Positions 1 to 6,896 of a DNA stretch of 24,000 bases are shown one piece after another; the first letter of the stretch is position 1; every line of letters begins with the position of its first letter. A program made the position numbers and the translations under genes. The stretch is from Shewanella algae. GTDB lineage: Bacteria > Pseudomonadota > Gammaproteobacteria > Enterobacterales > Shewanellaceae. A model generated the notes under the pieces. It saw only the letters and a program-made list of their open reading frames with translations, searched no databases and was not told the origin of the DNA. Where the stretch lies: NCBI RefSeq assembly GCF_009183365.2, contig NZ_CP068230.1, forward strand, positions 2,540,487 to 2,564,486, read 5' to 3'.

Positions 1-313
1 GCATCGCCTCATCCGCTTCCTGGCCTTCACAAGTGGTGACTTTGCCGCCTATGGACTCGATATAGGCACTGCCCTTGATTTGGCTCAGCGGCGCCCCTGT
101 ACATTGGTTGTTGTCATAAAGATTGGCGACACTGTGGTAGCGGTTTTCCTCAAAGCGCATGACAAACTCTTTACCCAGTTTACCGTCACCGAGACAACCT
201 GTGGTCCACTCCCCTTTGAGCCTGTCCGGCATGGCATCATCGCCATGGAACATCAGAAAACCGAGCGTTGCCGCCAAAATAAGCAGCAACATCACACTTA
301 AGGACTTGAGCAT
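1..313 (-). CDS. Hypothetical secreted or membrane-anchored protein, N-terminal part. The gene runs off the left edge of the window.
   Basis: ATG is at 313-311 on the minus strand, and the frame stays open to the window edge. It is absent from the ORF track because no stop lies in the window. It translates MLKSLSVMLLLILAATLGFLMFHGDDAMPDRLKGEWTTGCLGDGK..., which has a hydrophobic signal or anchor segment. I recognise no family. Confidence 0.45.
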   Translation of the reverse strand, partial: MLKSLSVMLLLILAATLGFLMFHGDDAMPDRLKGEWTTGCLGDGKLGKEFVMRFEENRYHSVANLYDNNQCTGAPLSQIKGSAYIESIGGKVTTCEGQEADEAM

Positions 314-511
314 TAACACATCTCTGAGAAAGGATTTTTCAGGATAGTACTCTGCGATGACTGAAGACGCTATCGTACTCATCGCAAATTTACATAGAGT
401 GTCACAAATTGGCCCCATGGGATAAACTGTGGCACATTGGAGTAACATACGGATTCCAAGTCATTTTCTTGCTTAGGCAACTACTTGTTGGAGGTTCTCT
501 CGGTGTCTGAC

Positions 512-1963
512 ATGCATTCTGAGATAGATTTTCGCCGCAAAATTACTGCGCAGCGCCCCTTTGGTAAACCGGAAGACACTCGGGTAGATAATCCAGAAAA
601 ATTGCAGCTGGCGCTGGAAAGCGATCGTGGCCGCATCATTAACTCGGCCGCCATCCGTCGTCTGCAGCAAAAGACCCAGGTGTTTCCGCTTGAACGCAAT
701 GCCGCTGTACGAAGCCGTTTGACACACTCGATGGAAGTTCAGCAGGTAGGCCGCTTTATTGCACAGAAGATATTCAAGCTCTTGGGGCCAGGTGCCGAAC
801 GCTGGGGCCTGCAATATCTGGAACGGCAATTGGAAACCCTGGTGGAGATGAGCTGCCTGATGCACGATGTGGGCAATCCACCCTTTGGTCACTTCGGTGA
901 GGCCGCGATCAGTGATTGGTTCAAGCGCAACCTTGTTTCTCTGGCGCCTTCGGGTTTCGATTCCGGGTATCCTGAGTTGATCCAAGACTTATCCCATTTT
1001 GAAGGCAATGCCCAAGGCATTCGTTTGATCCACACCTTGCTCGGGCTCAATCTCACCTACAGTCAACTGGCCGGCATTTTGAAATACACCCGTCCGGGTA
1101 CGCTTGTGAAAGATAAAGCCAATCCTGAGCAAAGCTATCTGATGAAAAAAGTCGGTTATTACGCCAGTGAGTCCAGGTTTGTTGCCGAACTGACTCAAGC
1201 CATGGAGATGGCCTCCGGTTGTCGCCACCCGGTGAGCTACATCATGGAGGCCGCCGATGACATCTCATATTGCCTGGCCGACATTGAAGACGCTGTGGAA
1301 AAGGGCATCATAGAGCTGGACACCCTAAAACAGAGTCTGATAGCCGAGTACCAACGGCAAATTGGGGTCAAGCAAGGCGCTCTCGGACAAAAAGACTTTA
1401 TGAGCAAATCGATTGAGGCGGCGGACAGCAGCGCCCGCCATCTGGCAATCAACCAACAAAGCCAATTTTTTACCTTCCTCCGCGTTCGACTGATCCACCC
1501 TTTGGTCAATCACGCCGCCAAGCGCTTTATCGACAATATTGAGGCTGTGTACCACGGCAACTTGAACGAGTCGCTGCTTGAAGATGGCGGCTACGAACAC
1601 GCCATTACAGAAACCCTCAAGCAAGTTGCTATCAAGCAGGTATTTTGCCATCGGGAAGTGGAGAAACTTGAGCTGCAGGGATACAGGATCATCATCGGCT
1701 TACTGGATAACTATCTCTCCCTGCTGGCATTGAGCGAAGATGAGTTTAGCAAACTGGTACAAGGCCTGCCCAAGACAGCTCTTATCGAAACCCGGCTGTT
1801 CCATAAGCTGCCTGGCAAGCACCTGGCCACCTATAAAAGAGCCATTGAAGCCAATCAGTATCCTGAGTTTTACCACAGGTGTCGTTTGCTGCAGGATTAT
1901 ATCAGCGGCATGACAGACCAATACGCTTTGGATGAGTACAGACTACTTATGGTACTTGACTGA
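512..1963 (+). CDS. dgt: Deoxyguanosinetriphosphate triphosphohydrolase (dGTPase, HD-domain)
   Basis: From the ATG at 512 the N-terminus reads MHSEIDFRRKI...ESDRGRIINSAAIRRLQQKTQVFPLERNAAVRSRLTHSMEVQQVGR. This is nearly colinear with E. coli Dgt as I remember it. The HD metal-site motif MHDVGNPPFGHFGE is present. The tracked ORF begins at a TTG at 485, but the ATG at 512 fits the homolog N-terminus better. Confidence 0.93.
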   Translation: MHSEIDFRRKITAQRPFGKPEDTRVDNPEKLQLALESDRGRIINSAAIRRLQQKTQVFPLERNAAVRSRLTHSMEVQQVGRFIAQKIFKLLGPGAERWGLQYLERQLETLVEMSCLMHDVGNPPFGHFGEAAISDWFKRNLVSLAPSGFDSGYPELIQDLSHFEGNAQGIRLIHTLLGLNLTYSQLAGILKYTRPGTLVKDKANPEQSYLMKKVGYYASESRFVAELTQAMEMASGCRHPVSYIMEAADDISYCLADIEDAVEKGIIELDTLKQSLIAEYQRQIGVKQGALGQKDFMSKSIEAADSSARHLAINQQSQFFTFLRVRLIHPLVNHAAKRFIDNIEAVYHGNLNESLLEDGGYEHAITETLKQVAIKQVFCHREVEKLELQGYRIIIGLLDNYLSLLALSEDEFSKLVQGLPKTALIETRLFHKLPGKHLATYKRAIEANQYPEFYHRCRLLQDYISGMTDQYALDEYRLLMVLD

Positions 1964-1990
1964 CTCTTAAAGAGAGTTGTTTACTAACTA

Positions 1991-2009
1991 AGGCTCGGGA
2001 TACGAGCCT
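1991..2009. terminator. Candidate hairpin between the convergent dgt and diguanylate cyclase genes
   Basis: aggctcg-ggata-cgagcct forms a 7-bp stem with a 5-nt loop in the 61-bp convergent gap. There is no clear U-tract on either side, so the call is weak. Confidence 0.3.
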
Positions 2010-2024
2010 GGAATGCCATTACTA

Positions 2025-3476
2025 TCAGATCCGCCTAAACAGGAGATCGTTACGCCCGGACGCCTTGACCTGATACATCAAGCGGTCGGCGTCGGCCAGC
2101 ACAGACTGGGCATCCCGGGCACCGGGTTTGGCATACACAGCACCTATGCTAATACTGAGGGGCAATTTGCCGGCCTTGGTGGCAAATGGCTCTCTGTCTA
2201 CCGACAAAAGCAGCCGGGTGGCCAGGGTCTTGGCCTCGGCTTCTGTCATGCCCAGCTGCAGAATACAAAACTCCTCACCGCCTATGCGGCCAAATACGCT
2301 TCCCTCCGGCAAGATGGCCACTACCATTTGCGTCAATTGGCAAATGACCTCATCACCCACATGATGACCATAACTGTCATTAATCCGCTTGAAATCATCT
2401 ATATCAAACAGTAACAAGGTCAGACTGTCATAACCACGGCCATCACAGGCTTGTTCGAGCGCATCCATAAATGCCCGCCGATTGGCGATACCGGTAAGCC
2501 CATCTGTAGCCGCCAGGTGAGCCAGCTCGGTATTGGCAGCCTCAAGCTCGGCTGTGCGCGCCGCCACGGTACGGCGCAGCATAAACACATACACCAGGAT
2601 CCAGAGCAGAAGTATCCCAAGCAAGCCTTGCAGCAGATAGCGTGGATAGACAGTTTCCACATACATCCAGCGATTGAGGATCCTTTGGTATTCGGAATCT
2701 GGGATCCGGGCCAGTCCCTGGCGGATCTCTTCCAGCAAGGCGCTCTGCCCCTCTTTGACAGCCGGACGAATTTGGGCACTGTAAAGATGGCGGACTGGAA
2801 TAAAACGCGCCGGCTCGCGTGAGGTATAGAGATAGAAGTTGGCGACCTGCAGATCGGCAACAAATGCCTTTAACCTGCCGGCAAAGGCGGCCTTTAACAT
2901 TAGATCGTTGCTGGCATAAGTCAGCACGCTGGCCTTCGGGTATTTCTGACGTACAAACGTCTCTTCATAGCCACCACGGACAACGCCGACTTCACCGCCG
3001 TTGAGCAGGTAGCCGTCCGGCTCGGTACCGAGTAACCCTTGACTGAAAAACAGTTGACTCTCGATCCCCAGCAAACCCTGAGCATAATCCAGGTAATGTT
3101 CCCTGTCCTGAGACCAAAGCAGCCCGGCGTGGATATCGGCCTGACCACTGCGAACCAGATCCAGCGAACCTTGCCAATCTGTCAATATAAAGCGGACTTC
3201 GACCCTATTGGCCTTGGCATATTCCTGCCAGATATCCACCAGGATCCCGGCCGGTTCACCGGCATCATTCAAGTATGAAAAGGGTTTCCAGGAATTGGAG
3301 TTGGCAATAACCAGTTCTCTTGCGGGTTGCTGAGCGGTATCCGAGTGCGTATCTTCAGCGGCCTGGCTTTGGCCCGCTGTCAGCAGGAACAAGGGTAAAA
3401 TGACAAAAAGTCGGCAGAGGGTGGTCAACGACAGCTGGAGCAAGGAGTTAACGTAGGCTGTTGCAGCGAGCTTCAT
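2025..3476 (-). CDS. Diguanylate cyclase with a periplasmic solute-binding-like sensor domain, one TM helix and a GGDEF domain
   Basis: It has an N-terminal signal peptide, then about 230 aa resembling type-3 periplasmic substrate-binding proteins. A TM segment follows (LLQGLLGILLLWILVYVFML), then a coiled segment and a GGDEF domain (DGLTGIANRRAF...FDIDDFKRINDSYGHHVGDEV...RIGGEEF). GGEEF is encoded at nt 2268-2282. Confidence 0.9.
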   Translation of the reverse strand: MKLAATAYVNSLLQLSLTTLCRLFVILPLFLLTAGQSQAAEDTHSDTAQQPARELVIANSNSWKPFSYLNDAGEPAGILVDIWQEYAKANRVEVRFILTDWQGSLDLVRSGQADIHAGLLWSQDREHYLDYAQGLLGIESQLFFSQGLLGTEPDGYLLNGGEVGVVRGGYEETFVRQKYPKASVLTYASNDLMLKAAFAGRLKAFVADLQVANFYLYTSREPARFIPVRHLYSAQIRPAVKEGQSALLEEIRQGLARIPDSEYQRILNRWMYVETVYPRYLLQGLLGILLLWILVYVFMLRRTVAARTAELEAANTELAHLAATDGLTGIANRRAFMDALEQACDGRGYDSLTLLLFDIDDFKRINDSYGHHVGDEVICQLTQMVVAILPEGSVFGRIGGEEFCILQLGMTEAEAKTLATRLLLSVDREPFATKAGKLPLSISIGAVYAKPGARDAQSVLADADRLMYQVKASGRNDLLFRRI

Positions 3477-3605
3477 GTGGCCGGAATATCCTTACAAAGC
3501 ATGATTTGGGTGGGTTCTACCCGGGTTATAGCCCCGGGTTCAGAGAACATCCACCGGAAACACACCAAATATTAACATTTGTAGAGAACTTCCAGCAGTT
3601 TTTTT

Positions 3606-3878
3606 TCAGCAGCGACGGATCCGCACCACCTTCATGGTTTCCATCTCAAAACCGGCTACTATGGTTGTTTGCGGGTAATAGTCGACCGACACTCGGGAAC
3701 CTTTCAATGAACGGTATTTTTTAGGGCGTTTGAAGCGAAAAGGCGCATCACAATTTTCCAGCATCAGAGTATGTTGGATCCAGTCGCCTTCATCCCGCTG
3801 AGTGTGGGAGACAACTGTCTTGTCTTCGGTGTGATAAAGTGGTGAGTGTTTCTCTGTCAATACGTCAGCTATTGTCAT
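3606..3878 (-). CDS. Small hypothetical protein (90 aa)
   Basis: The internal ATG at 3878 is preceded by GGAGG (ggaggtaaatgcattATG). The tracked 125-aa ORF extends upstream with no better start signal. The protein is MTIADVLTEKHSPLYHTEDKTVVSH...KVVRIRRC. I recognise no family. Confidence 0.55.
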   Translation of the reverse strand: MTIADVLTEKHSPLYHTEDKTVVSHTQRDEGDWIQHTLMLENCDAPFRFKRPKKYRSLKGSRVSVDYYPQTTIVAGFEMETMKVVRIRRC

Positions 3879-4167
3879 AATGCATTTACCTCCGATGGGT
3901 CGCTTCTGACTATGAATCCAAGGTCCTGACGGGCCCGACCTTGCCCGTGGCAGCCCGGGCAGTAGCTTCGCCTTCTTGATCAACCTCTTGCCGCAAGCAA
4001 GTACAGAAGGTCAGACTGTAGAGTACCGTCTTACTCAAAAGCCTTTTGCTGAGGGAAAAGTTCCCCGGCCGCGGCAGATTGGCGGTAGCTATGCAGTCGT
4101 GTCTGGGTAAGCAGATCATCCCCGGGCAAAAAATTTCCGGGGGAAGGTCAATAAAAAGCGAGCAATC

Positions 4168-4176
4168 ATTGTAGCA
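4168..4176 (-). promoter_or_regulatory. Candidate extended -10 element (TGcTACAAT on the minus strand) for the small-ORF leader
   Basis: The minus strand reads tttgcTACAAT with TG one base upstream of the hexamer. The -35 region is poor (aagatc). If used, it would give a leader of about 280 nt before the ATG at 3878. Confidence 0.3.
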
Positions 4177-4422
4177 AATTTGCACAGAAAGATCTTGGTG
4201 AAAAAGCCAACGAGGCTTTACACAAGGTTAAACTGCGCTCAAAAACAACTGATAGCAGCAAGCGCAACTCTGCACGACTCTGCGTAACGCTATGTTGTAT
4301 TAGTTACGACAGCTTGGCAGGGCTTAGCCTCTTGGATCACAATCTATAAAACTTATGGTCAAGTAACTGTATGAGAACATTACTTGCGCCCGGCTCAATC
4401 CCTTTTCCCAATAAGGCTTGCC

Positions 4423-5487
4423 ATGACACCTTTTCCTTCAACAGTCTATCGCAGCCTTGCTGCAGTGCTTATACTGCTCACCCTGCCAGCATGTCGGGAT
4501 AATACCGAATCGCTATGGCAAGATTACAGCGCAAGGCTTGAGAGAGTCACAGCACAAAACTTTATCGCTCCGGACTATCGACCTGAAGTCGACCAAAACC
4601 TGAATGCAGCAAATAGACCTGAAGCTTTGGAAGCCAGACTGCCACTGCTGGAAAGCCTTGGCTTAATGCATTGCAGGCTCGGGGAGTTAATTGCCGCACA
4701 TAACTCCAGCCTTGGCAGAGTCGCAGAGCCCAGCGAGCTGCTTAAGTATCAGCTTGCCTTTATTCAAGCCGCGCCGATTTGTCTTATAGACGCCAGGCTA
4801 GAAAGTCAGACCAAACAGTTGCTGACAGAAGCCCTATTGCAAAAGCAACAAGATGCGCTGGACTGGTTCGATTGGATGCTTCTGCAAGACAGGGCATTGG
4901 ACAAACTGCTGTTTATCGGCACTGAGTCTCTATCCAGCGAATCCCCGCTTGCCGGCCTAATCGAAACAGAATTAGCACTGGCCGCCCTGGTGAAACTCAA
5001 AACGGACATAGTGAAAGCACAAGTCGGGCAACTCTCCTGGCAAGCATTGGACACCCAGACTCTGGATGCGGCACTGGCTGAATTGGCGCGCAGTCGGATT
5101 ATTGCCCGCAATATGCGCAGTCAGGCGGTCAGCCTGCGCTGGCTTTCGAGCCTCAACGATTGGCTGGAGCCTCGGCTCGATGGCCTGCTGTGCCGCCCAG
5201 GCCATAACAATCAGCGTCAGGAGATATTGCAGCGAATATTGGTAAAAAACTTCATCGGGCAAATACAACGGCAACTTAGCCAGAGTCGCCACATTCAACG
5301 CCGTTTGGGCGATTTGCTGCAGCAACTCTATCAGGGAACCGCGGTGGAGAGTCGTGTCGCGTACTTCTTTGCCGAAACCGCTAACAAAGACAGCTTAAAT
5401 ATCCGGCTCGACAAGGAACTCAAACGCCACGTGAATTGGTGGCAAAAGCTACGCGACTCCTGTAGCGGAACTGCACCTGGAGCATAA
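4423..5487 (+). CDS. Putative lipoprotein of unknown function (possibly the DUF3080 family, from memory)
   Basis: From the ATG at 4423 the protein starts MTPFPSTVYRSLAAVLILLTLPAC|RDN, a signal peptide ending in a Cys. The LPAC lipobox is slightly atypical. The remainder is helical and Leu/Gln-rich. The tracked ORF starts 13 codons earlier, at 4384. Confidence 0.7.
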   Translation: MTPFPSTVYRSLAAVLILLTLPACRDNTESLWQDYSARLERVTAQNFIAPDYRPEVDQNLNAANRPEALEARLPLLESLGLMHCRLGELIAAHNSSLGRVAEPSELLKYQLAFIQAAPICLIDARLESQTKQLLTEALLQKQQDALDWFDWMLLQDRALDKLLFIGTESLSSESPLAGLIETELALAALVKLKTDIVKAQVGQLSWQALDTQTLDAALAELARSRIIARNMRSQAVSLRWLSSLNDWLEPRLDGLLCRPGHNNQRQEILQRILVKNFIGQIQRQLSQSRHIQRRLGDLLQQLYQGTAVESRVAYFFAETANKDSLNIRLDKELKRHVNWWQKLRDSCSGTAPGA

Positions 5488-5579
5488 TCCATTGTGATGC
5501 CGCAGGCTCTGGCAGCTTGCTCCCCTATTGTCTTCTGCCACTATTTACCGACTCAGCCCTTGTATATCAATGGATAAGC

Positions 5580-6773
5580 ATGTTGCCAGCAGGTTATCTT
5601 TTGGTGACAATAAGCTCATATTTCAAATCAATAATTCATCGGGTTTCAATGGGAACAGCCGAACTCATCCGGCAGGCAATCCTGCAGCCGTATCATAAGA
5701 TCTCAACCTCTCTTCAGAGGTTTCGCACAGGTATAAGTCAACGGCTCGCCAAGCTGAGCACGGCCCAAAAGCTCTACCTGTTGGCGCTATTCAGTCTGCC
5801 GTTTTATGAACAACACCCTTCGTTGACAACCCTGCTCACAGTCAGCGCGTTGGTTATTGAGTTCTGGCCGTTATTCAACAAACTGTGGCACTCTTTGGCA
5901 GGCAAGGCGGTCATTTTGCTGTTTTATGCCACCATAGCCAACTTTTCGCTGGCCAGTAGCGGTGCCATAGTCAATGAAGTCACCGGCGTCTCGGCAGCGC
6001 ATTTCAACTATACCCATAACTTCGCCCTGTTACTGGAGCTTCCGGTTTGGATGGTGATCACCAGCAGTATTGCCCTGTTGCTGCTGCAGATGTTACTGCC
6101 CATCTACCTGGTAGGACTGCTGCTGCTCAAGCTGGTGGGGCTTATCGGCTTCAAGTGGCAGCCCAAGTACGCCTATCCTGTGAGCACAACCTTTCTCAGG
6201 CTCATGTTATCGTTTTTAATCCTGCATCATCTGATGCTGCTGGTCGATATGGAGCGTTTCATGGAGAGCCGCTTCAGAGTCGATGACAAGGGCGTCAGCT
6301 TCTCCTTTAATGGTCAGTTTAAGCCAAACGAGGATAAAGCAAATGCAAACCTCCCCCCTTTGCATGTCCCGGACACCGCCCAAGGAAAAGATGTCTTAAG
6401 CGCTGAGCAAGAGACAAACAAGCTGAATACTGAACGCCAGGATCCAGCAGGACAGAAATCACAAGCGCAAGAAACGGAAAATAACGCAACAAAAGCGGAA
6501 GATGATGCTTTGGTATACGCCCGTTTCACCGCCGCCTACAGGCACAAAGTCAGGCAGCTTGTGGCCGACTTCGCTTTTGGCATGGAAGCCGATGGCCGCA
6601 GTCGTTGCCAGATGTCTGCCAATGCGACCGGCGTTGAACTCAATGATTACGAGCTGTTGCAGATCTTGCCCGACGCCGGCGAGCTTTATGGCTATCGTTT
6701 TGAGGTTATTCCCTGTGTCTCGGCTGCATTTCCGCGAACTCTGGGGAGGCCTTCTTCACTGCCGAGCGATTAA
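5580..6773 (+). CDS. Multi-pass membrane protein of unknown function with an acidic/Gln-rich linker and a small C-terminal domain
   Basis: The open frame runs 5517-6773. The start could be TTG 5517, ATG 5580 or ATG 5649; I chose ATG 5580, which has a weak GGA upstream. Several hydrophobic helices are present, for example LLALFSLPFY, AVILLFYATIANFSLA and LPVWMVITSSIALLLLQMLLPIYLVGLLLLKLVGLIGF. A low-complexity stretch follows (NEDKANAN...QETENNATKAEDD), then a C-terminal domain of about 90 aa. The gene sits 30-90 nt downstream of the lipoprotein gene on the same strand. Confidence 0.65.
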   Translation: MLPAGYLLVTISSYFKSIIHRVSMGTAELIRQAILQPYHKISTSLQRFRTGISQRLAKLSTAQKLYLLALFSLPFYEQHPSLTTLLTVSALVIEFWPLFNKLWHSLAGKAVILLFYATIANFSLASSGAIVNEVTGVSAAHFNYTHNFALLLELPVWMVITSSIALLLLQMLLPIYLVGLLLLKLVGLIGFKWQPKYAYPVSTTFLRLMLSFLILHHLMLLVDMERFMESRFRVDDKGVSFSFNGQFKPNEDKANANLPPLHVPDTAQGKDVLSAEQETNKLNTERQDPAGQKSQAQETENNATKAEDDALVYARFTAAYRHKVRQLVADFAFGMEADGRSRCQMSANATGVELNDYELLQILPDAGELYGYRFEVIPCVSAAFPRTLGRPSSLPSD

Positions 6774-6857
6774 TCCTGGTATGCAAATCCAGTCTCTGAA
6801 GTGGATGATCTTTTAAGTGGATGTTCTCTATATGTGAATGAGTACCATAGCGTCAGT

Positions 6858-6885
6858 AAAAAAGCCGCCTGAAGGCGGCTTTTTA
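6858..6885. terminator. Bidirectional rho-independent terminator
   Basis: aaaaAGCCGCCtgaaGGCGGCTtttt has a GC-rich 7-bp stem flanked by an A-run and a T-run. It lies between the convergent membrane-protein and protease genes. Confidence 0.8.
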
Positions 6886-6896
6886 TCCTTTTATAG

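Noticed and set aside
473-985. 170-aa ORF antisense to the dgt 5' region
   Set aside because: It overlaps the strongly supported dgt CDS and has no independent support.
3879-4160. Possible cobalamin or c-di-GMP-I (GEMM) riboswitch in the small-ORF leader
   Set aside because: Fragments resemble B12-box and GEMM pieces: gccacgggcaagg, cgtcaggacctt, acgggcaag. They are incomplete, and the cobalamin-like and GEMM-like pieces occur in the wrong order. The conserved ACGCAAAGC and GGTAGGTAGCGG elements are absent. I kept only the generic 'structured leader' observation.
3910-4185. 91-aa Cys-rich ORF in the small-ORF leader region
   Set aside because: It starts upstream of the only plausible promoter element and has 7 Cys with low-complexity composition. 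Its GC-rich hairpins are better explained as RNA structure. I would reopen it if homologs show frame conservation.
4361-4385. LexA-box-like sequence aagtaaCTGTatgagaACATtactt upstream of the lipoprotein gene
   Set aside because: The second half-site is ACAT, not ACAG, so it fails the CTGT-N8-ACAG core. What remains is a 6-bp inverted repeat (aagtaa/ttactt), too weak to interpret.
6799-6823. Direct repeat AAGTGGATG x2 (6799-6807 and 6815-6823) downstream of the membrane-protein gene
   Set aside because: It is a 9-mer pair in a short 3' untranslated region with no associated structure or gene context. It is within chance expectation.
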